Shown: positions 19,558 through 30,146, counted from the stretch's first letter. The stretch is 64,000 nt of DNA from Acidobacteriota bacterium (GCA_965248695.1 CBDFKD010000002.1:2016001-2080000), one strand, 5' to 3'. The notes: generated by a model from the letters alone, not told the origin. Translations and numbers: made by a program.

Positions 19558-19622
19558 ACGAGGCCGAATCCGGTGCTCTGTTTGACGCCGATTACCGGCA
19601 CCCGGCGAATTCGACCGCGCTC

Positions 19623-20867
19623 TCAGCCCACCACGCCGGCGCGCTCGAGGGCCGCGTGCAGCAGCACGTTGGCGCCAGCTTCGAGATCAGTGGGCTCGAC
19701 GTGCTCGGCCTCGTTGTGGCTGAGGCCATCCTTGCAAGGCACGAAGATCATGCTCGTGGGCGCGACGTGGGAAACGTAGACTGCGTCATGTCCGGCGCCG
19801 CTGACGATGTCCATCGCAGCGCACCCAACGGTGTCGGCGGCCTTGCGTACCGCGGCGATGCATCCGGAATCGAACCCCACAGGAACAGCGGACCAGATGT
19901 GGTCGATCGAATGCTCCAGACGAAACGCTGCGGCAGCCTCCGCGGTCGCGTCGCGAAGCTCGGCGTCCATGGCCTCGAGCTCGATCTCCTCGGGGTGTCG
20001 GATGTCGATCGTGAACGCGACGCTGCCCGGCACGGTATTGCGCGAGCCACGGCCGGTGTGGAGCTCGCCGACAGTCGCCCGACCAGACGGCGCCCGATCG
20101 GTCGCGAGCGCATAGATACGTGGCAACAGGGCGGCCGCGCCAGCGAGGGCGTCGCGCCGCACCTCCATCGGCGTGGGTCCGGCATGCGCCTCCGCGCCGG
20201 TCAGCTCGACGTCGTACCAGCGCATACCCTGGACGCCGATGACGATGCCGACCGGAATGCCGGCTTGCTCGAGAATCGGACCCTGTTCGATATGCAGCTC
20301 GAAGCAAGCGCCCAGCGGATGGGCGCCGACCTCCATCGCACCGCGATAGCCGATGCGATCCAACTCCTCGCCGATCGTGCGACCCTCTGGATCGGCCCGG
20401 CTCCAGGCGTACTCGAGATCGAACACGCCCGCGAACGCCCCCGACGAGATGATTGCGGGAGGAAACCGGGCGCCCTCCTCGTTGGTCCAGTTGATCACCT
20501 CGAGGGGGGCCACCGTGCGGACGCCCGCGTCATTCAGAGTGCGGACAGCTTCGAGCCCGGCCAGTACGCCATAGGCGCCGTCGTACTTTCCGCCGGTAGG
20601 CTGGCTATCGAGATGGCTCGCCATCGCGACCGGGGGCAGGCTGTCGTCAATGCCCGGCCGACGGGCGAACATGTTCCCCATGGCATCGACGGCGACGGTA
20701 CAGCCGGCGTCGGCGCACCAGCGAGCAAACAGGTCGCGCGCTTCGCGGTCGCCGTCGGTCAAGGCCTGCCGGTTGACCCCGCCTTTCGGCGTGGCGCCGA
20801 TCGAGGCCATCTCCATAAGGCTGGAGACCAGTCGCGTGCCGTTGATGCGGAGGTTGTGGATACTCAT
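19623..20867 (-). CDS. M20-family Zn hydrolase (N-carbamoyl-amino acid amidohydrolase / beta-ureidopropionase)
   Basis: SHLDSQPTGGKYDGAYGV, NWTNEEGARF, ELHIEQGP, HAGPTPM, SGAGHDA and SHNEAE. Confidence 0.9.
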   Translation of the reverse strand: MSIHNLRINGTRLVSSLMEMASIGATPKGGVNRQALTDGDREARDLFARWCADAGCTVAVDAMGNMFARRPGIDDSLPPVAMASHLDSQPTGGKYDGAYGVLAGLEAVRTLNDAGVRTVAPLEVINWTNEEGARFPPAIISSGAFAGVFDLEYAWSRADPEGRTIGEELDRIGYRGAMEVGAHPLGACFELHIEQGPILEQAGIPVGIVIGVQGMRWYDVELTGAEAHAGPTPMEVRRDALAGAAALLPRIYALATDRAPSGRATVGELHTGRGSRNTVPGSVAFTIDIRHPEEIELEAMDAELRDATAEAAAAFRLEHSIDHIWSAVPVGFDSGCIAAVRKAADTVGCAAMDIVSGAGHDAVYVSHVAPTSMIFVPCKDGLSHNEAEHVEPTDLEAGANVLLHAALERAGVVG

Positions 20868-20889
20868 CGTCTCGATACCAGGCGGTCCA

Positions 20890-22062
20890 CTAGTTCCCCA
20901 ACCGCTGCTCATGCGGCCGTAGCAGCATGCGCGCGATGATGTGGCGCTGGATCTCGCTGGTTCCCTCCCAGATGCGCTCCACACGGGCATCGCGCCACAT
21001 GCGCTCCAGCGGCAGCTCGGAGACCAGGCCCATGCCGCCGAAGATCTGCAGCGCCTCGTCGGTCACCCGCCCGAGCATCTCGCTGGTGTAGAGCTTTGCC
21101 ATGGCGGCATCGTTCTCGGTCATCGTGCCCTGGTCGTGCTTCCAGGCAGCGCGGAACGTCAACAGCTCGCCGGCCTCGAGCTCGGTGGCCATGTCGGCGA
21201 GCTTGAACGAGACGCCCTGGAACTTTCCGATCGTGCGGCCGAACTGCTTGCGCGTCGCTGCCCACTCGGTGGCCACTTCCAGAGCGCGCCGGGCCTTGCC
21301 GATCGAGTTGGCGGCGGTGCCGATGCGCGCCGCCGACAGCCAGGCGTTGGCGAGCTCGAACCCCCTGCCTTCCTCACCGAGCATCTTCGAGCCCGGAACC
21401 CGGCAGTCATCGAAGAACAGCTCGCAGTGATGGAAGCCGCGCAGCCCAACCGCCTGCGAGCCCCGATGCCAGGTGAACCCGGGAGTGTCCTTATCGACCA
21501 GGAACGTCGTCACTCGAGCCTTGGGGCCGCGCGGCGTCTCGTCGACCCCGGTGGACACGAACAGGATGATGAAGTCGGCCACGTCGGCGTACGAGGCGAA
21601 GTGCTTGGACCCGTTGATCACCCAGTCGTCGCCGTCCTGCACCGCGCGCGTGGTGATGCCGCGAACGTCAGAGCCGGCGTCCGGCTCGCTCATCGAGACG
21701 CAGTCGAAGCGCTCGCCTCGAATGCACGGCATCAGGTACTCCTCGATCTGATCGCCCGTACAGCCCTGGAGAATGTTGCTGGGCCGGTACACCTCCCAGT
21801 GCAACGCCAGGTTGGTGCGCCCGAGCTCACGCTCCAGCAGCATGTGGGTGACCGTGTCGAGCCCGCCGCCGCCGAGCTCTTCCGGCATGTTGGCGGCCCA
21901 GAGCCCGGCGTCCATGGCTGCCGTACGAATTTGCTGTCGCAGCTCGTCGGATAGCTCGCAGGTGCGCTCCACCTCTTCCTCGTGAGGAATGAGCTCTCGT
22001 TCGACGAAGGCGCGGACGGTCTCGACGACCATCTCCTGCTCGTCGGTCAGCTGGAATTGCAT
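20890..22062 (-). CDS. Acyl-CoA dehydrogenase
   Basis: SEPDAGSD, INGSKHF, RKQFGRTIGKFQGV, QIFGGMG and RIWEGTSEIQR. Confidence 0.92.
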   Translation of the reverse strand: MQFQLTDEQEMVVETVRAFVERELIPHEEEVERTCELSDELRQQIRTAAMDAGLWAANMPEELGGGGLDTVTHMLLERELGRTNLALHWEVYRPSNILQGCTGDQIEEYLMPCIRGERFDCVSMSEPDAGSDVRGITTRAVQDGDDWVINGSKHFASYADVADFIILFVSTGVDETPRGPKARVTTFLVDKDTPGFTWHRGSQAVGLRGFHHCELFFDDCRVPGSKMLGEEGRGFELANAWLSAARIGTAANSIGKARRALEVATEWAATRKQFGRTIGKFQGVSFKLADMATELEAGELLTFRAAWKHDQGTMTENDAAMAKLYTSEMLGRVTDEALQIFGGMGLVSELPLERMWRDARVERIWEGTSEIQRHIIARMLLRPHEQRLGN

Positions 22063-22286
22063 GGCGCCACGCTCCCTTCGCGCTGATGCGCGTCGTCTTT
22101 CTTGGCTCTCCATACATGGGAGGACCGGGCGGTCCGCCGAAACGTCTCACAGCCTCCGCGGTGCGAGGCGCATGGTAGCGGCCTGCCAACGCCGACGCGA
22201 ACCGTGCGAGTATACGGAGCGGTTCCCGGCGATCGCCGGAGGCACAGTGCGGGCGCCAACACATTCGATTCGATCGTGAGAACGCG

Positions 22287-23210
22287 ATGACCGAAACCCC
22301 ATTCAGGACACGACTCGCCAACGGCGGCACACCGACGCTCGACAACTGGGGAATGGACTCCGAGCACGGCGGGCTGCGCGACGTGCTTCTCGGCCCCGCC
22401 GACAGCTTCTACTGGATGGAAGACAACGCACAGTTCAGCTCGATCACGCGCGCGACACTCGAGTCAGGCGAGAAGTTCGACCCTGCTCGCGCCATGGCCC
22501 AGCACGGCGAAATGGTGGACGCCTATCGCTCAGCCGGGGTGACCGTACACCTGCTCGAGGTCGACGAGGCCACTCCGTACCAGGTCTACGCGCGCGACTC
22601 GAGCTTCATGACGCCGTACGGCGCCGTCGCCTGCCAGCTCGCCAACCCCCGTCGCCGCGGCGAGTACGCCTCGGTCATGCGTTTCTATGCCAGCGCCGGC
22701 ATCCCGATGTACGACCTCGTCTCGGCCGGCAACTTCGAGGGCGGCGACTTCAACATCATCGGCCCCGAGTGCGTCCTCATCGGCTACACCGGGTTTCGCT
22801 GCGAGGAGGTGGCCGCCAAGCAGATCGGCGGCTGGATGGAAGCGGAGGGATGGGAGGTGCGCTACGCGCCCATCGACCCGTTCTATGTTCACATCGATCT
22901 GATGGTCTGCATGCTGGCCGAGAAAGCCTGCGCCGTGTGTATGGAGACCACCGATCCATCGATCGTCGCGTGGCTCGAGGGCAAGGGCATCGAGATCGTG
23001 CCGGTGAGCTTCAAGGACACCATGACGCTGGGGTGCAACGTCATGGCGCTGGGCAACGATCGTGTGTTGTCGACCGCCGACAGCACCGACCTCAACGCGC
23101 GTCTGCGCGCCATGGGCTTCGAGGTCTACGATCCGGACGTGTCGATGTTCACCAAGGGCGGCGGCGGGGTTCATTGCATGGCCCAGCCGCTGCGTCGCGA
23201 CAGCGTTTGA
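22287..23210 (+). CDS. Amidinotransferase / dimethylarginine dimethylaminohydrolase (pentein) family protein
   Basis: SEHGGLRDVLL, YARD, FEGGD, HIDL and GGGGVHCMAQPLRR with the catalytic Cys. Confidence 0.88.
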   Translation: MTETPFRTRLANGGTPTLDNWGMDSEHGGLRDVLLGPADSFYWMEDNAQFSSITRATLESGEKFDPARAMAQHGEMVDAYRSAGVTVHLLEVDEATPYQVYARDSSFMTPYGAVACQLANPRRRGEYASVMRFYASAGIPMYDLVSAGNFEGGDFNIIGPECVLIGYTGFRCEEVAAKQIGGWMEAEGWEVRYAPIDPFYVHIDLMVCMLAEKACAVCMETTDPSIVAWLEGKGIEIVPVSFKDTMTLGCNVMALGNDRVLSTADSTDLNARLRAMGFEVYDPDVSMFTKGGGGVHCMAQPLRRDSV

Positions 23211-23264
23211 GGAAGTGATCTGGCAAGCGGCCACCGGGGAGCGACAGAGGCAGGCGATGCGATC

Positions 23265-24812
23265 GTGAGTAGGGCGCCCAGACGCGGCCGGCGCAGCGGT
23301 GGACGAGCGGCCAACCTCCGAGGTAAGGGCGCGGCGATCGCCCAGCTCCCCTGGAGCCTGCCGGTCAATCGCGACCAGCCGACGGAACCGCTAGCCGAGG
23401 ACGGCGTGCAGGCGGTTCATGACGGCGCCATGCGCATCCTCGAGGAGATCGGCATCGAGTTCCTCCATCCGGAGGCGGTCGAGATATTGCGCCACGCAGG
23501 CTGCATCGTCGACGGCGAAAACGTCCGCATCGGCCGCGAGCTGGTGATGGCGCAGCTGCAGCACGCGCCATCGAGCTTCACTCTCACACCGCGCAATCCG
23601 GAGCGGCGAATCGAGATCGGCGGCGACCGCATGGTCTTCGGTAACGTCTCCAGCCCGCCGAACTGCTCCGATCTCGATCGCGGTCGGCGCACCGGTACGC
23701 GCGACAGCTACCGCGATCTCATCAAGCTGACCCAATACTTCAACTGCATCCATTTCGCCGGCGGGTACCCGGTCGAGCCGATGGACCTGCATCCCTCGAT
23801 CCGGCACCTCGACTGCCTCTACGACAAGCTGGTGCTGACCGACAAGGTGGTCCACGCCTACAGCCTCGGTAAGGAGCGCGTCGAGGATGTCATGGAAATG
23901 GTGCGCATCGCCGGCGACCTGACGCCCGACGAGTTCGAGGCCACACCGAGGCTTTACACCAACATCAACTCGAGCTCACCGCTCAGGCACGACTACCCGA
24001 TGCTCGACGGCGCCATGCGACTGGCCCGCCACGGCCAGGCCGTTGTGGTGACGCCATTCACCTTGGCCGGCGCAATGGCGCCGGTGACCATGGTCGGGGC
24101 GGTAACGCTGTCGATGGCCGAGGGCCTCGCGGCGATCGCCCTGTTGCAGCTGATCAATCCCGGCTGCGCGACCGCCATCGGTACCTTCACCTCGAACGTC
24201 GACATGAAGACCGGCGCCCCTGCCTTCGGCACACCCGACTACATGCGCGCCACCCAGATGTCGGGCCAGATGGCGCGCTTCTACGGCCTGCCGCTGCGCG
24301 CCTCGAACGCCTGTGCCGCCAACTGCCCGGATAGCCAGTCGGCGTGGGAGAGCGCCTTCTCGCTCTGGTCCGCCGTGTCATCGCGAGTGAACATGGTCTA
24401 TCACGCTGCCGGCTGGCTCGAGGGCGGGCTCTGCGCCTCGTACGAGAAGTTCGTGATGGACTGCGAGACGGTGCAGCAGATCATCGCGTATCTCGAGCCG
24501 ACCTCGGTCACCGAGGCCGACATCGCAGTCGATGCGGTGCGAGAAGTCGGCCCCGGCGGCCATTTCTTCGGCTGCGCGCACACCCAGGAGCGTTACGAGA
24601 CGGCGTTCTACAGCCCGTTCCTGTCGGACTGGTCGAACTTCGAGAGCTGGGAGGAGCGCGGCGCGATCCGCACGCCCGAGCGCGCCAACAAGATCTGGAA
24701 GCAGATCCTGGCGGAATTCGACCCCCCGCCGATCGATGCGGCGATTGACGAGGCCCTTCAGGCGTTCGTGGCCAGGCGTAAGGAGGAGGGCGGCGCGCCG
24801 ACCGACTTCTAG
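23265..24812 (+). CDS. mttB: Trimethylamine methyltransferase (MttB) superfamily protein, non-pyrrolysine type
   Basis: INSSSPLRHD, TPFTLAGAMAPVT, SNVDMKTGAPAFGTP, HAAGWLEGGL..SYEKF and VGPGGHFFG; no in-frame TAG. Confidence 0.9.
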   Translation: MSRAPRRGRRSGGRAANLRGKGAAIAQLPWSLPVNRDQPTEPLAEDGVQAVHDGAMRILEEIGIEFLHPEAVEILRHAGCIVDGENVRIGRELVMAQLQHAPSSFTLTPRNPERRIEIGGDRMVFGNVSSPPNCSDLDRGRRTGTRDSYRDLIKLTQYFNCIHFAGGYPVEPMDLHPSIRHLDCLYDKLVLTDKVVHAYSLGKERVEDVMEMVRIAGDLTPDEFEATPRLYTNINSSSPLRHDYPMLDGAMRLARHGQAVVVTPFTLAGAMAPVTMVGAVTLSMAEGLAAIALLQLINPGCATAIGTFTSNVDMKTGAPAFGTPDYMRATQMSGQMARFYGLPLRASNACAANCPDSQSAWESAFSLWSAVSSRVNMVYHAAGWLEGGLCASYEKFVMDCETVQQIIAYLEPTSVTEADIAVDAVREVGPGGHFFGCAHTQERYETAFYSPFLSDWSNFESWEERGAIRTPERANKIWKQILAEFDPPPIDAAIDEALQAFVARRKEEGGAPTDF

Positions 24813-24857
24813 ACGACGAGAAGACTCACGGATGGCGGCGCGGAGATCGGAGAGTCG

Positions 24858-26003
24858 ATGAGTGACGACGAGCGGCAACAGCAGCAGCCGCACATCGCGT
24901 GGACTACCACCGAGCCGCAGTCATTCGGGCACGGCTGGGTCAGCGGCCTGTTGTCGGCGATTCTCGGCATCGTCGGGCTCGGGGTAGTGCTCTGCTTCCA
25001 CTTCCCGGCGCTGCTCACCGTTCCGGAGCTACGCACCTACTACCCGCTTCCTTTCGTCCGTGCGACCTTGCACGTCGTCCTGGTCGCCTCGTTCCTGCTC
25101 GGTGTCCTCAGCCTGTGTCTCCGATCCAACAAGGCGCTCGGGTCCGTGGGCATCACGCTGACGGTGATCGCTGCCGCGCTGGGCGGCTCACGCGTCCCCG
25201 TGGATGGTGGTGTCGCCTCTGGCCCGTTCCTCGGAATGGACTGGTTCCTGCTGAACCTGGTGCTGTACTCCGCCTTCTATATCCCGCTGGAGCGATTCTT
25301 CGCGAAGTACCCGGAGCAGCCCACGTTCCGCAGCGAATGGCAGGTCGACCTCACATACTTCTTCCTAAACACCCTGCTGATCCAGGTGATGACGTTGCTC
25401 ACCATGCGACCGGCCATGGTGTTCTTCGACTGGGCGCGGATCGCGCCGATCTACGACACGGTGTCCGGGCTCCCGGTCCTCGTCCAGGTGCCGGCGATCC
25501 TGCTGGTCGCCGACCTGACGCAGTACTGGGTGCACCGCACCTTCCATGTGATCCCGTTCCTGTGGCGATTCCACGCCATCCATCATTCCGCCGAGGCAAT
25601 GGACTGGCTGGCGGGATCACGCCTGCACCTGGTGGATGCCGTCGTCACTCGCGCGGTGACCTACGTGCCGATATACGTCCTCGGGTTCTCCGAAACGGCG
25701 CTCTAGACATACGTAGTAGCCGTCGTTGTGCAGGCGACGTTCATCCACGCCAATGTGCGCTGGGAGTTCGGCTGGGCCCGTCGGGTGATCGCGACACCCC
25801 GGTTCCATCACTGGCATCACGCCGCCGAGCCTGAGGCCATCGACAAGAACTTCTGCGTCCACACGCCGCTGTGGGACTGGCTGTTCGGCACCCTGTACCA
25901 CCCCGATCGCTGGCCGCTGAAGTATGGGCTTTGTGGCCAGCGGGACGTGCCCGCCGGTTGGTTCCAGCAGCTCCTGTACCCGTTTCGGGGGAAGTCCTCG
26001 TGA
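24858..26003 (+). pseudogene. Sterol desaturase / fatty acid hydroxylase family gene interrupted by an in-frame TAG at 25704-25706
   Basis: ORFs 24858-25706 and 25728-26003 share one frame (GFSETAL*TYVVAVVVQATFIHAN). His boxes HRTFH and HAIHHS lie before the stop; HAN and FHHWHH lie after it. Confidence 0.8.
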
Positions 26004-27652
26004 GGCTCCTGCCAGACGACGCCAACACCCTGACGACGCTGTCCCCGTCGGGAAACCGGAAGGACGCCGATCCGGACAACCAGGCAAACGCGCCGGCCAG
26101 GCGCAAAGCGACGGTGGGTATCACGCCGCTCTCAATCGCAGGCGAGACTCGCGAGCTGCTCCGCGACCGCGTCCGAATTGTCTCGGCGATCATCGCGTTG
26201 GGTGTGGCGCTGTTCGTCGTCCGCGACCTGCTCGCTGAAGAGGGAAGCTACCTACCCTGGGTTCGGGTAGTCCTGGTGGCTACCTTTGGTGGGCTGACGA
26301 TTTGGCTCCGCGCCGCACAGTCGATGACGCTCGACGGGCTGCGCCGACTCGAGATCGTCATGGTGTGGCTGGTATCGGGCTGGTTCGCAATCGACCGGTT
26401 CCACTACATCCACGATGGAAGCGCCAGCGGCGATGCCGCGGCGACCGTGTTCGCGCTCGCCTTCGCGGTGCTCGAGTACGTGCTCGTCATTACGGCGTAC
26501 TCCATCTTCATTCCAAACACGTGGCAGCGTGCTCTCCGCCTGTCTACCCCGCTGGCCCTGCTGCCCGGGCTGATCGTCGGCCTGGTCTTGGGGATGTACC
26601 CCGCAGACGCCGCAACGTTGTGGGCGGTGCTCACACCCATGCGCGTTACGAGCCTGTCCTTGATGCTCGTCATCGCTCTGCTGTTCTCGGCCGGGGGCGC
26701 CCGGCTGATCCACGCGCTGTGAGAACAGGTGTTCGATGCGCGTCAACTCGGCCAGTATCGATTGACGGATCGTGTCGGGATGGGCGGAATGGGCGAGGTC
26801 TGGCGGGGTGAGCACGAGCTGTTGCCACGTCCCGCAGCCATCAAGCTGATCCGCCCGGACCGACTGCATACGAGCAGTGCGCTCGAGGTCGATGCGATGC
26901 TGAGGCGCTTCGAGCGTGAGGTGCGTGCGACCGTGACGCTCCGTTCGCCCCATACCGTGGAAATCTACGACTTCGGCATCACCGACGATCAGGTCTTCTA
27001 TTACGTCATGGAACTGCTCGACGGACTCGACCTGAGCAACCTGGTCAAGCGGTTTGGCCCCCTCCCGGAAGCACGTGTCGCCTACCTCCTACAGCAGGTG
27101 TGCGAGTCGCTTTCGGAGGCTCATGCCCAGGGCCTCGTGCACCGCGACATCAAGCCGGCCAACATCTATACGTGTCGGCTCGGCAATCGCTTCGACTACA
27201 TCAAGGTGCTCGACTTCGGTCTCGTGGCCGCTATCGACCCCGGCAACGAGTCGACGGCGCTGGTCGCCGAGGCCGGAGTGGCAGGAACACCCGCCTACAT
27301 GGCACCGGAGATGCTGCAGGGCGAGAAGTTCATCGATGGGCGTGCAGACATCTACGCGCTCGGATGCGTCGGCTACTGGCTGCTGACCGGACAGCTCGTC
27401 TTCGAGGGAGACAACGTCGTCGATATCGCGCGCGGCCACCTGACGGGGGCCGTCGTGCCACCTTCAGCGCGGTGTGGACGGCGGTTAGACCGCGCGTTGG
27501 AGGACGCGGTGGTGTCGTGCCTCGCCAAGGACCCAGCGCACCGGCCGGCCACCGCTAGCGATCTCTCTGATCAGCTGACGACGGCGACAGCGACTCGCGT
27601 CTGGATGAATGAGCAGGCCCGCGAGTGGTGGCAATCCAACCTGGCGCCGTGA
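26000..27652 (+). pseudogene. Membrane-anchored Hanks-type Ser/Thr protein kinase interrupted by an in-frame TGA at 26720-26722
   Basis: The transmembrane part and the kinase ORF 26729-27652 share one frame (LIHAL*EQVFDARQLGQY). Kinase motifs GMGGMGEVW, AIK, HRDIKPAN, DFG and APE are intact. GTG 26000 overlaps the upstream TGA. Confidence 0.75.
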
Positions 27653-27774
27653 GCCGTCGGCTTGGGTAGACATCCACCAGCTTGAGCATGAGTCGGTGTC
27701 CATCGCGTCGCACCCGACGTAAAGCACCGGCCGGTCTCTTATGATCGAGGCGAGCCGCGGAACGGGGGGAGGCA

Positions 27775-30099
27775 TTGGCCGGTAAGCGAACGAAGGAGCC
27801 GCAACACCTGCCGCCGGCACTGCGAACGCTGGTGGGCGATGTTCAGGCGATCCTCGGCGAGGTCGTGGCCGCGGCCGAGGGCGTCGATCTCTACGAGATC
27901 ATCGAGCGGGTGCGGCGCGACATGGTCGCGTTCCGCGAAGCTTCGAGTCGCCGCGGGCGTGCCGCCGCGCTGGCGCGCGGCAGGCGACGGCTTGTCGCCC
28001 TTCCGGTGAAGCGCCAGTTGCTAGTGGCTCGCGCCTACACCCTATATCTGGAGCTGGTGAACGTCTGCGAGAACGCCTTCCGTACCCATCGGCTGCGCGA
28101 ACGCCGCCGCGGGCGGTCGGAGGCGCGGGCGTGCATGACCTTCGTGCTGACCGCGCATCCCACAGAGTCGCGCTCGCCGGAGAACATCCGGCTGCTGCGC
28201 CGCGTCCAGGATCTACTGGTGGAATCGCTGCAGGCGGATCGACCGATCGACCGGTCGCAGCTCGGCAACCTCCTCCAGCTCGCCTGGCGCGTCGGCACCC
28301 ACCCGCCGCACAAGCCGACGGTCGAGGACGAGGCGTCGCACCTGTACTCGCTGCTCACCGATCCGATCCTCGACGAGATCGTCGCGCTCAACGCCTCGGG
28401 CCACCGGTTGCTGATGCGCACCTGGGTCGGGGGCGACAAGGACGGGCATCCGGGCGTGGGAGCAGCCCAGAGCCGGGCATCGCTGCAGCTCGCTCGCCAG
28501 CGATTCCTCGAGTTCGTGGAAACAAGCCTGATGGCGGCAATTCGCGAGGACACCTCGTTGCTCGGTAGCCTGCCGGTCGATCGGGGCCTGGCGGGCCTCG
28601 AGGCGGCGCTCGCAGCGGTCCGCAGGGTGAGGGCCGACGACGGCGGCCGCATCCTGAAGCTGCAGCGAAGCGTCCAGCGATTCCAGTCGGCCTACCGGCG
28701 CCGTGTGTCGGCCGAGCAGCCGCAGGTCGCGAACCTGGCCACGCTGCTCGATGTCTTCCCCGCGCTCGTGGTACCGCTTGAGCTGCGCGAGGAGCGCGGC
28801 CGGTTCGAGCGCGGCACCCCGATCGCCGCCATGCTGCGCACCCTGGGGCGGATCGCCGACGGCGGGCAGGTCGACTGGTACGCGCGCGGCTGCGTCGTGA
28901 GCATGACGTCCGAGGGATCTGATCTGATTCAGGCGCAGCGCCTCGTAACACGGATGCTGGGCCGGCCGCTCATCCCGGTGATCCCGCTCTTCGAGCTGCC
29001 CGAAGTGATCGCGCGGGCTCACGAGATTCTCGGCGATGCCTGGACGGATCGCGAGTTCCGCGCCTGCGCACGTCGGCGGGGCCAGGTCGAGGTGATGCTT
29101 GGCTACTCCGACACGGCCAAGCGCATGGGCATGCTGGCCAGCCGAGTCGGCGTCCATCGAGCGATGCGCGAGCTGGGGGCGTGGGCCGAGCGCCAGGACA
29201 TGCGGATGGTTTTCTTCCATGGCTCCGGCGGCAGCGTCGGGCGGGGCGGGGGTACGATCGACGACCTGGCGGCGACCTGGCCGCCGGCGGCGCTTTCGCT
29301 CTACAAGCACACGCTCCAGGGGGAGATGATCGAGCGCACCCTGGCGACGCCGGAGATCCTCCGCAGTCTCGTGCGCAAGGTGGCTTCGATCCAGGCCGAC
29401 CCGCCGGCCTATCGCGGCGTCGGCAAGCTCGCCGCCGAGCTGGCAGAGACCTCGGAGCGCGTCTTCGCTGAGCTTGTCGGCTCCGAAACATTCCACGACC
29501 TGCTCCGCGACGCGACGCCCTACGCGCGGCTCCAAGCGCTGACGATCGGCTCACGTCCGACGCGGCGCGCAGGCTCCGCCAAGAAGGCGGGTCTCGAGAA
29601 GCTGCGCGCCATCCCGTGGGTACTGTGCTGGACGCAGACGCGGCTTCTGCTCCACGCCTGGCTCGGAATCGGCGAAGCGTGGAGCCGGCAGGCGGAATCG
29701 GGCGACGCCGTCAAGCGCCTGACCTCGGCGCGGCGCCGCGACCCGCTGCTTCGCAGCTATCTGCGCCTGCTGTCGTTCACCCTCGCCAAGACCGAGCCGG
29801 AACTCTGGCTCGCCTATCGCCGGGCGCTGGCGCCGCGGGCGGCACGCAAGCTGGCACGCAACCTCGACGGCAGCTATGCCGCCGCCATCGAGCTCGCCTG
29901 CTCGGCCACCTCCGAAGGCACGCTGCTGCCGGATCGACCTTGGCTCGAGGAATCGATCCACTACCGGGCGCCGATGATCCACCCGCTCAACTTGCTGCAG
30001 ATCGAGCTGCTCTCGAAGCCGCGCTGGAGCCGCGACGAGCAGAGCCTCTTCCGCGAAACCGTCACCGGCATCGCGGCAGGAATGCTCACGACGGGCTGA
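27775..30099 (+). CDS. ppc: Phosphoenolpyruvate carboxylase, short divergent type
   Basis: VLTAHPTE, WVGGDKDGHP, IPLFE, VMLGYSDTAK, FHGSGGSVGRGG, QGE, LRAIPW and GIAAGMLTTG. Confidence 0.85.
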   Translation: MAGKRTKEPQHLPPALRTLVGDVQAILGEVVAAAEGVDLYEIIERVRRDMVAFREASSRRGRAAALARGRRRLVALPVKRQLLVARAYTLYLELVNVCENAFRTHRLRERRRGRSEARACMTFVLTAHPTESRSPENIRLLRRVQDLLVESLQADRPIDRSQLGNLLQLAWRVGTHPPHKPTVEDEASHLYSLLTDPILDEIVALNASGHRLLMRTWVGGDKDGHPGVGAAQSRASLQLARQRFLEFVETSLMAAIREDTSLLGSLPVDRGLAGLEAALAAVRRVRADDGGRILKLQRSVQRFQSAYRRRVSAEQPQVANLATLLDVFPALVVPLELREERGRFERGTPIAAMLRTLGRIADGGQVDWYARGCVVSMTSEGSDLIQAQRLVTRMLGRPLIPVIPLFELPEVIARAHEILGDAWTDREFRACARRRGQVEVMLGYSDTAKRMGMLASRVGVHRAMRELGAWAERQDMRMVFFHGSGGSVGRGGGTIDDLAATWPPAALSLYKHTLQGEMIERTLATPEILRSLVRKVASIQADPPAYRGVGKLAAELAETSERVFAELVGSETFHDLLRDATPYARLQALTIGSRPTRRAGSAKKAGLEKLRAIPWVLCWTQTRLLLHAWLGIGEAWSRQAESGDAVKRLTSARRRDPLLRSYLRLLSFTLAKTEPELWLAYRRALAPRAARKLARNLDGSYAAAIELACSATSEGTLLPDRPWLEESIHYRAPMIHPLNLLQIELLSKPRWSRDEQSLFRETVTGIAAGMLTTG

Positions 30100-30146
30100 C
30101 GGCCTGGCGTGGTTGGGCAACGAAAGCCTGCGAGGCGGAGCCTCGC

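Noticed and set aside
23265-24812. Pyrrolysine-containing MttB
   Set aside because: No in-frame TAG; the region matching the Pyl site reads GLPLRASNACAANCPD, and no pyl genes are in the window.
26720-26740. Selenocysteine recoding of the kinase TGA (small GAAC-AGGT-GTTC hairpin after it)
   Set aside because: The hairpin is only 4 bp and abuts the codon instead of showing bacterial SECIS spacing, and the position is a linker with no Cys-type context.
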